The position numbers and the translations under genes were made by a program. The notes beneath the pieces were generated by a model. It saw nothing but the letters and a program-made list of their open reading frames with translations, made no database searches and was not told the DNA's origin. A DNA stretch of 33,180 nt from a candidate division WWE3 bacterium CSP1-7 (lineage in GTDB: Bacteria; Patescibacteriota; WWE3; 9FT-COMBO-53-11): the NCBI GenBank assembly GCA_001443395.1, contig LDXK01000003.1:1-33180 (forward strand), in the 5' to 3' direction. Below, piece after piece: positions 8,926 through 17,787 of this stretch; positions within the stretch are counted from its first letter, which is position 1; the number at the start of each line of letters is the position of its first letter.

Positions 8926-10953
8926 ATGGCTCAAGGAGCAGAAGAACAGGAAAAAACTGGTCTTGAGGTCAAGGTTTCCAAGCTGGAAAGCTCTCCCACC
9001 ACCGAGCGCGGGAAATTTGTGTCGGTCTTCGGAGCAACCCCGCGCGAAGAATATCCCCCCGAAAGGGGGCGTCTTTTTGCGGTTGTGGACTTGAAGATCG
9101 ACCCCGGCGAAGACGCCGCCATCGCCGGCCGGCTGATCTGGGATACCCTCTCCGAAGAGTACTACGCTCCCGAAGACGAGACCCCGGTCTCGGCCCTGGA
9201 ACGGGCGGTCTATGCCGTTCGCGACAAGCTCCAACATCTTTCTCCCGCCGCCACCCTGGAGCTGGGGGCGGTGGCTTTCCGAGGCGAGGTCGCCTATCTG
9301 GCACGGATGGGTAAGCCGGCCCTCTATCTCCGCCGCGGCACCGAAACTCTAGAGCTGCTGACCGGCGAAGAAGGCGTGAACATTGCCTCCCAGATTCTGG
9401 AGGAAGAGGATACCGTTGTTTTGGGGTCCCCGGTTTTTGCCCGAAATTTCCCCCCGGCCGATCTCCCCCGGACCGAATTTCTCGAGAAGCAGTTTTCTTC
9501 CGGTGAAAAGATCCCCGGTTTCGCCGCCCTTTTGCTGACTCTGACCAGCTCCCGGGAAGCCCGGGAGGAAGCGGTGGCGAAATCCCGTTCCTCTCGCCAG
9601 TTCTGGGGCAAGATTTCCGGAGCAGGGGCCTGGATCAGCCGCCAGGCCAAGCAGCTGGTGCAGGCGCTGCGCACCCCGAAGCAGCTCAAAGGTAAAATCG
9701 CGGCTGCCTGGAAGAAACGGCTTTCCCACGGAGAAGAGTTGGCCAAAGTGAGAGAAGAGATTAGTGAACAGCAACCAGGGATCAGTGAGGAACAAAAAAC
9801 GGAATTGGAGCAAAAGGTGAAAGAGCCCAAGAAAGGATTCAAACTTCCGGTCCTTCCTAAGATCAAAGGGCTTTCCCTGCCAAAGGTGATTGCGGTCCTG
9901 GTTTTGATCCTCGGAATTTCGGTTCTCTTTACCACTTGGCAGCAGGCCAAAAAAACTCGGGCGGCGGAGTTCGAACGGTTGTTGGCGGTGGCGACGCAGA
10001 GCTTGGATGAAGCCGAGGGGCTAGTCGGACTTTCCAACGAGCGGGCGCGGGAACTGGTGGATGCGGCCAATACTGATCTGGAACAGGCGCGGGAACTATC
10101 CACCGACACCTCCAAGGTTGCTGAACTGTTGGAGAGGTCCGCCAACCTGATCAATTCGATTGAAAAGATCACCCTGGTGGGGGAGGAAAGTCTCAAGTAC
10201 GATCTCAATCTGCAGGCGGAAGGGGCGCAGGGATTGGCGATCGCCGGTTCGGGTTCGGCGACGGCCTTCGCTTTGGAGAGTACTAGGGGGGCGGTTTTCT
10301 CGATCAATTTCTCCGGTTCTCTCCCCTCGGCTACCGCGCTGGGAGAGGGAAAAATTACGGGAGCTCAAGAGCTGGTGGTGGAAGGGGAATATCTCTTCTT
10401 GCGAGGAGTGGACCAGGTTTACCGGATAAAAATAAAGGGTGCGGCGGTGGATGAACCGATTAGCTTCGATCGGATGAACAAGGCGATTGCGATTGATACC
10501 TATCTCGGAAATATCTACCTGCTGGTTCCCGATGAGGAACAGATCTACAAGTTTTGGAACCTGCCCGGAGGCTACGCCCGAGCCCAGAACTGGGTGAAGG
10601 AGGCCGTGCCGATGACGGGAGTGGTGGATATGGCGATTGATGGTGAGATCTGGCTGCTGGGTTCCGATGGCCAGGTCACTCGACTGGCGGGCGGCAAGCA
10701 GGTTCCGTTCGCGGTCTCCAACCTCTCGACCCCTTTCAAAGAACCGATTAAGATATTTACTCAAAAGGGGTTAAAGTATCTCTACATCCTTGACCGGGAG
10801 GAGAATCGGGTTGTGGTCTTGGAAAAGAGCGGTAATTTCCTCCGCCAATTCAAGGGCGACGTCCTCGCCGGCGCCACCGATCTCTGGGTTTCCAGCAACG
10901 AAAAGCTTCTCTTCGTCCTCGCCGGCGCCAAGATCTATCGGATCAGCCAATAG
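8926..10953 (+). CDS. Conserved bitopic membrane protein: degenerate PP2C-like N-domain, TM, helical stalk, C-terminal beta-propeller
   Basis: 675-aa ORF; YLARMGKPALYLRRG resembles a PP2C-fold strand; central TM; NHL/propeller-like repeats (NIYLL, DGEIWLL, YLYILD). Confidence 0.7.
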   Translation: MAQGAEEQEKTGLEVKVSKLESSPTTERGKFVSVFGATPREEYPPERGRLFAVVDLKIDPGEDAAIAGRLIWDTLSEEYYAPEDETPVSALERAVYAVRDKLQHLSPAATLELGAVAFRGEVAYLARMGKPALYLRRGTETLELLTGEEGVNIASQILEEEDTVVLGSPVFARNFPPADLPRTEFLEKQFSSGEKIPGFAALLLTLTSSREAREEAVAKSRSSRQFWGKISGAGAWISRQAKQLVQALRTPKQLKGKIAAAWKKRLSHGEELAKVREEISEQQPGISEEQKTELEQKVKEPKKGFKLPVLPKIKGLSLPKVIAVLVLILGISVLFTTWQQAKKTRAAEFERLLAVATQSLDEAEGLVGLSNERARELVDAANTDLEQARELSTDTSKVAELLERSANLINSIEKITLVGEESLKYDLNLQAEGAQGLAIAGSGSATAFALESTRGAVFSINFSGSLPSATALGEGKITGAQELVVEGEYLFLRGVDQVYRIKIKGAAVDEPISFDRMNKAIAIDTYLGNIYLLVPDEEQIYKFWNLPGGYARAQNWVKEAVPMTGVVDMAIDGEIWLLGSDGQVTRLAGGKQVPFAVSNLSTPFKEPIKIFTQKGLKYLYILDREENRVVVLEKSGNFLRQFKGDVLAGATDLWVSSNEKLLFVLAGAKIYRISQ

Positions 10954-11076
10954 TCGTTACTCCTCTACCCAGTTAAATCTAGTATAGTATACTATATATA
11001 GAGTAACCACCACTTTCCACTCTCACGAGAGACTGGAATTTGCATTTTGCCTTTCCCCGTTTAATCATTATCGTCA

Positions 11077-11772
11077 GTGTTAAAGATTTCTGGATTAATC
11101 AAAGGGCTTTTGGGATTGGTCTACCCGACCCGCTGCGTTTCCTGTGGGGCCGGGGGTGAATTGTTCTGCGGGAAGTGCGCGGCGGAGATGGCGCCGTTGG
11201 AGCGCCTGAACTGCCTCGTTTGCGGCCGCCCCGCTGTCGGCGGGTTGACCCACCCGATTTGCCGGAGCCGGTGGGCACCGGAGCGGTTTCTGGCCGCCTT
11301 TCCCTACCGGGGCCCGGCTCGCCGTTTGGTTCAGGCACTGAAGTATAAGCGCCTGCGGGCGGTAGCCAGGATCATGGCGGGACTTCTGATTGGTGAACTC
11401 CATGAGATGGGAATTGAATTCGGGCCACAGGCCCGGGTGGTGCCGATTCCCCTCTCTTTCTGGCGCAAGAGTTCGCGGGGATTCAACCAAGCCGAGCTCC
11501 TCGCCCGCGCGCTTGGGGAGAGTCTGAGGCTGGATTTTCGGGCGGAGCTTTTGCGCCGGGTCAAAGATACTTCCTCGCAGGTTTCCCTCACTCGGCCGGA
11601 GAGGCAAGCGAACGTGCGGGGAGTTTTTGCCGTGGCGGAAGAGCTTCACGGTGAGGATGTGCTTTTGGTGGACGACGTCGTTACCACCGGCGCAACGGTG
11701 CGAGAAGCGACGAGAGTGCTCAAAAAGGCTGGAGCTGGCCAGGTTTGGGTCCTAGCTTTTGCGAAAGATTGA
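11077..11772 (+). CDS. comF: ComF family competence protein (Zn finger + phosphoribosyltransferase domain)
   Basis: CVSC/CGKC/CLVC zinc ribbon, RGFNQA, VLLVDDVVTTGATV. Confidence 0.95.
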   Translation: MLKISGLIKGLLGLVYPTRCVSCGAGGELFCGKCAAEMAPLERLNCLVCGRPAVGGLTHPICRSRWAPERFLAAFPYRGPARRLVQALKYKRLRAVARIMAGLLIGELHEMGIEFGPQARVVPIPLSFWRKSSRGFNQAELLARALGESLRLDFRAELLRRVKDTSSQVSLTRPERQANVRGVFAVAEELHGEDVLLVDDVVTTGATVREATRVLKKAGAGQVWVLAFAKD

Positions 11773-11895
11773 GGGTAGGTTAGAATAATAGTTACGGAGT
11801 GGTGCCGGACCACCGCCCTTTGCGAGGGCTCACTGGCCGAATTTAGGCTCTTGTGAAAAGAATGAAAGGCTGGTTTTAGGAAAGGGAGCATTAAA

Positions 11896-12951
11896 ATGAT
11901 TAAAATTAGAGTACTGGCAATCGGGATAGCTGTTATCTTGGCAGCGGTAGCTGGATATTTTTTGTATCGTAATTTCTCCAATCAAGACCAGTCACTTAGT
12001 TCAAAAATGCTCTCCTTAATAGAAAGGGGAACGGTTGATTCTGATTTTGAAGTAGATATTTTTAATGAAGACAAAGTTTATCTTGCCAACACTTTGCTTC
12101 CTGACAATCACAAAATCGACAACCCACGAGTCATCGAGATCAACATTTTAGGTGAAGTTATCTGGGAATACCAGCTTCCGGAAGATCTTAAAAAATATAC
12201 TAACCCCGGCTTTGATGCGGAAAAACTGTCAAACGGCAACGTCTTGATTTTGCTGCCGGCTAAAGGAGCTTTTGAGATCGATCAAAATAAAAATATCGTT
12301 TGGTCGTACCTCGATCGCAAGGTCAGTCACGATGCGGATAGACTTCCAGATGAGAACACTCTAATCAGTTTCGGAAATAACGATGGGAAGGAAGATAGCC
12401 AGGTAAAAGAAGTTGATAAAAATGGCTCCATTGTTTGGAGTTGGAGAGCCAAAGATCATTTTGATAACGATGAATTCGGCGGCATCCATAACCAGGGCTG
12501 GACCCATACTAATGCCGTTTCAAGATTGAGCAACGGCAACACCCTGGTTAGCCTGCGGAATTTTGGTTCACTTGTCGAGATAGATCTCTCGGGGAAGGTA
12601 GTGAAAATTTTTGGAAAGGGATTCTTGACCAACCCGCACGATCCGGAAGTTTTGGTAAATGGTAACATCCTCCTCGCCAACCACGGCGAACCGCACCAGG
12701 CGGCAGAATACAACTATCAAACAGGAGAAAAAATCTGGAGTTTTGAGATTTCGGAGAAAAAGAACTGGCCGGTAAGAGATGCGGATCGGCTCCCTAATGG
12801 CAACACTTTAATTACCGGCAGCGTAGAAATCCTTGAGGTTACTCCCGACGGAGAGGTGGTTTGGCGATTCGGTCTAAAAAACCCTGATTTTTCCTCGCCA
12901 CAAGATGCCTCGGCAAAGGGATTTTATAAGGCCCAAAGGACTGTTAAATGA
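11896..12951 (+). CDS. Arylsulfate sulfotransferase (ASST)-like beta-propeller, membrane-anchored
   Basis: N-terminal TM; repeated (H)DA(D/E)xLxNGNxLI blades; WTHTNAV and PHDPE His motifs. Visibly more AT-rich than comF. Confidence 0.75.
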   Translation: MIKIRVLAIGIAVILAAVAGYFLYRNFSNQDQSLSSKMLSLIERGTVDSDFEVDIFNEDKVYLANTLLPDNHKIDNPRVIEINILGEVIWEYQLPEDLKKYTNPGFDAEKLSNGNVLILLPAKGAFEIDQNKNIVWSYLDRKVSHDADRLPDENTLISFGNNDGKEDSQVKEVDKNGSIVWSWRAKDHFDNDEFGGIHNQGWTHTNAVSRLSNGNTLVSLRNFGSLVEIDLSGKVVKIFGKGFLTNPHDPEVLVNGNILLANHGEPHQAAEYNYQTGEKIWSFEISEKKNWPVRDADRLPNGNTLITGSVEILEVTPDGEVVWRFGLKNPDFSSPQDASAKGFYKAQRTVK

Positions 12952-13044
12952 AAAGAAATAAAATTATTACAACTACTTACTCTAACTGTAATAATCGTTT
13001 TGTCATTTAGTTATTCCAACGTCGGCGCCAAACACGTCCAGAAC
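12948..13044 (+). pseudogene. Truncated 5' fragment of a secreted-protein gene (signal peptide only)
   Basis: KEIKLLQLLTLTVIIVLSFSYSNVGA is encoded one base out of frame with an ATGA-coupled ATG at 12948, and runs directly into the comF-like tail. Confidence 0.5.
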
Positions 13045-13086
13045 GGCGCGGGACAGATTTGGGTTTTAGCTTTTGCTCGGGACTGA
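13045..13086 (+). pseudogene. Stranded diverged comF 3' end
   Basis: Encodes GAGQIWVLAFARD* versus GAGQVWVLAFAKD* at 11731-11772; 31/42 nt identical. Confidence 0.85.
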
Positions 13087-13101
13087 TAAACTTAGAAGAA
13101 A

Positions 13102-14331
13102 ATGAAAACAATTGAGAGGGAATTCTTACCGGTTCTACTAGCTAGTGACATTAACACCTACAGTCTTGCCCGTACTTTCCACGAAGAATATTCGGTAAAG
13201 TCGATCGTAATTGGAAAAACCGGCGGCGGTCCCAGTGCCAACAGCAAAATAATTGATTTTAGAACGCACCCCCACCTAGATGAGGAGGAGACTTTCGAAA
13301 AAGTAATCTCCGCAGTATCTAAAGAATTTAATGATAAGACCATCTTCCTTATCGGCTGCGGCGATTCTTACGTGCGGCTAATTGGTAAAAATAAGAACCA
13401 GTTACCCAAGAATGTTATTGCTCCCTATGTAGATTTCCAGAAAATGGAGACGCTGATGAATAAAGAAAAATTTTATGCACTCTGTGATAAATACGACCTT
13501 CCTTACCCTAAAACCTTTATCTACCGAAAATCCATGGGCCAAGACTACAACCTACAATTTGGCTTCCCGGTTATTATCAAGCCCACCAATGGCGTTGAGT
13601 ATTGGGATCATCCCTTCCGCGATCAGAAAAAGGTCTACAAAGCCGACAACCAAAACGAGTTGGAAAAAATCATTAAGGGTATCTACGGCAGCGGGTACGC
13701 CGGCAATTTAATCCTGCAGGACTTTGTTCCCGGAGACGATACTTATATGCGGGTGCTCACTTGTTATTCCGATAAGACGGGCAAAGTTAAATTGGCGGCC
13801 CTGGGGCATGTGCTTTTAGAGGAGCACACCCCTCACGGCCTGGGAAATCATGCGGTGATTATCAACGAGGATAACGAAAAGTTGGTGGCTAAGTTGCGGG
13901 CTTTTTTGGATAGCATCGGTTACGTGGGCTTTTCCAATTTTGACATTAAATACGACGAGCGGGACAACACTTTCAAAGTCTTTGAAGTGAACGTCCGTCA
14001 AGGCAGAAGCAACTATTACGTAACCGGCGCCGGCGCTAACCTGGCTAAATATTTAGTGGAGGATTACCTCCTTAACAAGAAGCTGGATTTCACTTCGGTC
14101 AAAAATAAAACCCTATTTCTAGTTGTACCTCAAAAAGTAGCTTTTGATTACGTGAGATCCCCGTCTTTGCGGGCCGAGATGCGGGCTCTTATAACGGCCG
14201 GTAGAGCGGTCAATCCCCTGTTTTACCCGGGAGATTACGGGTTTAAGAGATTAGGTTATTTAGCAAGAAACCAACTTTCCCATTTTGTGAAATTCAGAAG
14301 ATACTACCGAGGGGCGGGCGCTAATTTATAA
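13102..14331 (+). CDS. D-aspartate ligase (Asl-type ATP-grasp)
   Basis: PVLLASDINTYSLARTFHEEY, GCGDSY, FPVIIKP, LILQDFVPGDD, GFSNFDIKYD, FEVNVRQGRSNYY; adjacent racemase. Confidence 0.88.
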   Translation: MKTIEREFLPVLLASDINTYSLARTFHEEYSVKSIVIGKTGGGPSANSKIIDFRTHPHLDEEETFEKVISAVSKEFNDKTIFLIGCGDSYVRLIGKNKNQLPKNVIAPYVDFQKMETLMNKEKFYALCDKYDLPYPKTFIYRKSMGQDYNLQFGFPVIIKPTNGVEYWDHPFRDQKKVYKADNQNELEKIIKGIYGSGYAGNLILQDFVPGDDTYMRVLTCYSDKTGKVKLAALGHVLLEEHTPHGLGNHAVIINEDNEKLVAKLRAFLDSIGYVGFSNFDIKYDERDNTFKVFEVNVRQGRSNYYVTGAGANLAKYLVEDYLLNKKLDFTSVKNKTLFLVVPQKVAFDYVRSPSLRAEMRALITAGRAVNPLFYPGDYGFKRLGYLARNQLSHFVKFRRYYRGAGANL

Positions 14332-14338
14332 TTAACCT

Positions 14339-15055
14339 ATGGACCAGAAATCAAATCGGAAAAAACTAGGCGTCCTTGGGGGGATGGGTTCGCTGGCGAC
14401 CGCTCATTTTTTCCGGCGGATTGTCGAGTGCACGGAAGCCGCGACCGATCAGGAGCATCTCGACATCATTATTCTCAACCACGCCCGCATCCCCGACAGG
14501 ACGGAAGCGATTCTAAGTAAAAAACATGAGCCCTATCTCTCCTTGATAACTAAGGATGCCAAAGAGCTGGAAAAGCTGGGGGCGGAAAACATCGCCATCC
14601 CCTGCAACACCTCTCACTACTTCTACGACGAGATCCAAGGGAGCGTGAAGATCCCCGTCCTCCACATGGTTCGGGAGAGCTTGGCGTACGCGGCCCAAAT
14701 TCGAAAGGCCAAAATAGTCGGCCTTTTGGCCACTGACGGGACCGTCCAGTCCGGAATCTACCACCGCCCGGCAAAGGAACTGGGATTAAGCGTGGTGACG
14801 CCCGGACCCGAGGGCCAGAAAAAGGTGATGCGCATCATTTACGACTACGTTAAGGGCGGGAAGCAGGGTGGCCGGGAAGAACTACTGGAGTTGATTTCGG
14901 AACTGAAAAATAAGGGGGCGGAGGTTGTGCTCCTGGGCTGCACAGAACTGTCTTGCCTAAACTTTGATCTTCCGGAAGACTGCGTGGATGCGCTGGAGGT
15001 TCTGGTGAAGCGCTCGATCGAAGTTTCGGGGGGGAAATACCAGGGAACTCTCTAA
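14339..15055 (+). CDS. Aspartate racemase
   Basis: LGVLGGMGSLAT, DQEH, IPDRT, and the two catalytic-Cys motifs PCNTSH and LGCTELS. Confidence 0.93.
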   Translation: MDQKSNRKKLGVLGGMGSLATAHFFRRIVECTEAATDQEHLDIIILNHARIPDRTEAILSKKHEPYLSLITKDAKELEKLGAENIAIPCNTSHYFYDEIQGSVKIPVLHMVRESLAYAAQIRKAKIVGLLATDGTVQSGIYHRPAKELGLSVVTPGPEGQKKVMRIIYDYVKGGKQGGREELLELISELKNKGAEVVLLGCTELSCLNFDLPEDCVDALEVLVKRSIEVSGGKYQGTL

Positions 15056-15056
15056 C

Positions 15057-15145
15057 TGGCGGAGGGGGTGGGATTCGAACCCACGTGAGCCGTTAGGCTC
15101 AAGGGTTTAGCAAACCCTCCCGATGGACCACTCCGGCACCCCTCC
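15057..15145 (-). tRNA. tRNA-Ser(GCT)
   Basis: Cloverleaf with long variable arm; anticodon arm AGGGT-TT-GCT-AA-ACCCT; GTTCGAATC; GCCA end. Confidence 0.95.
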
Positions 15146-15204
15146 GTGTCATCTATATTCTATCAGCTGGAAATTCCCAGTAGCGTTTTGTTACATTAAG
15201 ATTA

Positions 15205-15705
15205 ATGCCGGACAAGCAGGATCTCGAGGAGAGAACCCTTTTGGAGTGGGAGGCGCCGGAACGCCTCTACGTTAAAAGGGGGAAAACCTATTTCAAGAAC
15301 CTTTTTACCCTTCTCGGCGTTCTCGCCGCCGTCGCGATTTTCTTTAAGGAGTTCCTTCTGGCCGGAGTTTTGGCGTCCTTCGGGTTCCTGCAGTGGGCCT
15401 TGAATTCGAGCACCCCCAAAATTACCAAGTATCTCGTCACCAACCGGGGAATCCGAATGCACGGTCACGACTACGAGTGGGAACACCTGAAGGAATTTTG
15501 GTTTGCGGAGCACGCCGGACAGAATGTCCTGCACGTCGACACCAAAGCGACCTTTCCCGGTCGCCTCTACCTGCTCCTCGGAAGAGTGAGCAAAGAGGAA
15601 ATCACAGATGTCTTGCGAAATCACCTTCCCTACCAGCAGCAGGCCAAGGAAGACCTGATGGAGAAGATTTCGGTCGAAGTTTCCCGCCGGTTTCCTTTGG
15701 AATAG
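15205..15705 (+). CDS. Conserved hypothetical membrane protein (two TM + small soluble domain)
   Basis: LLEWEAPER, TM hairpin, GIRMHGHDYEWEHLKEFWF; resembles a common CPR family. Confidence 0.75.
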   Translation: MPDKQDLEERTLLEWEAPERLYVKRGKTYFKNLFTLLGVLAAVAIFFKEFLLAGVLASFGFLQWALNSSTPKITKYLVTNRGIRMHGHDYEWEHLKEFWFAEHAGQNVLHVDTKATFPGRLYLLLGRVSKEEITDVLRNHLPYQQQAKEDLMEKISVEVSRRFPLE

Positions 15706-15754
15706 CTCTTTTTTCTCACCCTTCGGTTATAATTAGAACGATTCTTTAATCATT

Positions 15755-15831
15755 GGGGACGTAGCTCAACTGGACAGAGCGTCAGCTTGCGGAGCTGAAG
15801 GTTGTGGGTTCAACTCCCACCGTCCTCACCA
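15755..15831 (+). tRNA. tRNA-Arg(GCG)
   Basis: GGGGACG/CGTCCTC acceptor; anticodon arm TCAGC-TT-GCG-GA-GCTGA; ACCA end. Confidence 0.93.
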
Positions 15832-15846
15832 TTGATTGTTCTCATT

Positions 15847-15936
15847 GGTGGGATGGCAGAGTGGACGATTGCGCGCGCCTTGAGAGCGCGAGTCCGCGCA
15901 AGTGGACCGGAGGTTCGAATCCTCCTCCCACCGCCA
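15847..15936 (+). tRNA. tRNA-Ser(TGA)
   Basis: Anticodon arm CGCGC-CT-TGA-GA-GCGCG; long variable arm; GCCA end. Confidence 0.95.
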
Positions 15937-15944
15937 AGATTTTA

Positions 15945-16032
15945 GGAGGGGTCGCATAGTGGCCTAGTGCGCACGCTTGGAAAGCGTGTTACCCGCAAGG
16001 GTTCGCGGGTTCAAATCCCGCCCCCTCCGCCA
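15945..16032 (+). tRNA. tRNA-Ser(GGA)
   Basis: Anticodon arm CACGC-TT-GGA-AA-GCGTG; long variable arm; GCCA end. Confidence 0.95.
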
Positions 16033-16071
16033 GTTGTCTTCCAAGTTGGCCGAAAGGTACAATGTGAGGTG

Positions 16072-17565
16072 ATGAGAAAACTGGGGATAGTTGCAGGTTT
16101 GATAGCAGTTGTCGCCGTGGCCGCGTTTGGCATTTGGTGGTTTCTTCTCAATCCCGCTCGGGGCCTATTTCCTAAAAAAACCAATCCTCTAAGCGTTACT
16201 CCTGCTTTGTCCAGTTCCAAAACAGCTTCGAAATCGGTTGGTGCCAAAGGGGGCGAAGTGGCCCTTACCACGGATACCGCGGACTTTAAGCTGTCGCTTC
16301 CGGAGAATTCGGTCAACGTTGCCGAAACCGTCAAGATTACCCAAATCACCGGCATTGAAGGCCTACCCGCGGGCGCGGAATTTGTCGCCGGGGTGGTAGC
16401 CGAGCCCGACGGACTGCTCTTGAACGTTTCCGGTTACTTGGACATTACGCTTCCCGCCGCCGCTTCAACCGAAAGCCTGTTAGGTTTTGCCTACGAGGCC
16501 GGCGGCCAAAATTTCCATTACCTGCCGGTTAGAATCAGCGGCAACACCGCCCGCTTGCCGCTCACCGGTTTTAGCGGCTACGGTCTGATTGAGATCCCCG
16601 AATACCAGGTCCCGCCTTACGTGCCTTCAACCACGGCTTCCCAAGCCAAGCAATATATCGCCAATATCGTTCAGGACAATCTTCGGGAGGACCAGCCCCT
16701 GGACGGAGAAACTGACCGGCGAATTATCAATATCCTGAGAGGGTGGTACAACGCCGCCGTTAAGCCCGGCCTTGAGGCCGCTGCCGGAGATGACAGCGCG
16801 CTCGACCAAGCGCTTAGGGAATACATCGAATGGTGGCAGTTAGTCGGCTTTTTGGGATACGACGAAGATCTTGGAAAGGAGCAGGCCGAAGCCGAGGGAT
16901 TGATCGAACGTGCTCTTACCCACGCCGCCGACGAGTCGAGCCGCAAATGCGTTGCCAATAAAGACGTTGACCAGGCGGCCCGCTTGGTCTGGCTTGCCAA
17001 AATCGCTTTTCTCTTCGACGCCGGGGATCCGGAAGGGATCTACGATAAGGCTCTTAACTGCGCCAACTTTGAATTGGTGATGACTTCCTCGATTTCACTC
17101 GAGGGAATCTCCTCCTCAGCCGAAGCTCGAGTTCCCCTTTTCATCGACAGAGAAACCCTTCTGCTCGAGGGTTCCGGCACAATCACTGAGAGCGACCTCG
17201 TGATTGAGGGCGTTTCTTGCAGCGGGGCTCAAACCTACCCGATTACCGTAGATCCTACTCTCTTTTCCGCTGCCGGTTCACCCGGCAGTTACGATATCTC
17301 GGTTCCCATCACGATTGACTCATCCGGTGCAACCTACACGTGTAAAAATCCCGGCTCCACCCTGACGTTGAGAAACTGGGAGTGGTGGTTTGATGATTTT
17401 GATCGGCTCCACGAGGGGGAAAGTTCTATTTCCGAAAGAGGAGTGACGTACGTTATTAGAGATTGGGAACACGTTGGCCAGAACGGCGTGTTTGCCCGCA
17501 AGGTCTACAATCGGGGTTCAACGGAAAACACCACCTTTGAACTTATCCACAAACCTCAGAATTAA
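16072..17565 (+). CDS. Membrane-anchored extracellular protein (ZU5-like beta domain, helical middle, beta C-domain)
   Basis: Start MRKLGIVAG after the tRNA; TM; VGAKGGEVAL...LSLPENSV...EPDGL...GFSGY resembles ZU5-like domains (tentative). Confidence 0.7.
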   Translation: MRKLGIVAGLIAVVAVAAFGIWWFLLNPARGLFPKKTNPLSVTPALSSSKTASKSVGAKGGEVALTTDTADFKLSLPENSVNVAETVKITQITGIEGLPAGAEFVAGVVAEPDGLLLNVSGYLDITLPAAASTESLLGFAYEAGGQNFHYLPVRISGNTARLPLTGFSGYGLIEIPEYQVPPYVPSTTASQAKQYIANIVQDNLREDQPLDGETDRRIINILRGWYNAAVKPGLEAAAGDDSALDQALREYIEWWQLVGFLGYDEDLGKEQAEAEGLIERALTHAADESSRKCVANKDVDQAARLVWLAKIAFLFDAGDPEGIYDKALNCANFELVMTSSISLEGISSSAEARVPLFIDRETLLLEGSGTITESDLVIEGVSCSGAQTYPITVDPTLFSAAGSPGSYDISVPITIDSSGATYTCKNPGSTLTLRNWEWWFDDFDRLHEGESSISERGVTYVIRDWEHVGQNGVFARKVYNRGSTENTTFELIHKPQN

Positions 17566-17616
17566 TTTTTATCTTTTGCGATGTTAAACTGAGCGTAGCT
17601 TAGTGCACGAGATTAG

Positions 17617-17693
17617 GCGCCCGTAGCTCAGTTGGATAGAGCGCTGCCCTCCGAAGGCAGAGGCCAGAGGTTCGAATCCTCTCGGGCGCACCA
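17617..17693 (+). tRNA. tRNA-Arg(CCG)
   Basis: GCGCCCG/CGGGCGC acceptor; anticodon arm CTGCC-CT-CCG-AA-GGCAG; ACCA end. Confidence 0.95.
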
Positions 17694-17744
17694 CGGATCG
17701 AACCAGAGAATTCGCGGTAGCGAATAGCCGCCCCAGGCGGATAA

Positions 17745-17766
17745 TCGACTCCTCTCGGGCGCACCA
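17745..17766 (+). repeat. Direct repeat of the tRNA-Arg(CCG) 3' end (att-like)
   Basis: TCGACTCCTCTCGGGCGCACCA versus TCGAATCCTCTCGGGCGCACCA at 17672-17693; 21/22 identical. Confidence 0.9.
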
Positions 17767-17787
17767 GTTTTGTTACACTCGTTCCAG

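Noticed and set aside
10862-10930. Direct repeat GTCCTCGCCGGCGCCA at about 10861 and 10915
   Set aside because: Short in-frame coding repeat (VLAGA twice) with no further structure.
12949-13086. TGA readthrough or genetic code 25 extending the ASST-like gene
   Set aside because: TGA is a normal stop elsewhere (comF, hydrogenase small subunit) and conserved genes have no internal TGA. The in-frame tail is better explained as a gene stub plus comF relic.
15967-16071. N-terminal extension of the 532-aa ORF; likewise 19586-19756 for vanY and ORF 17600..17794
   Set aside because: These overlap tRNA genes; the true starts are downstream.
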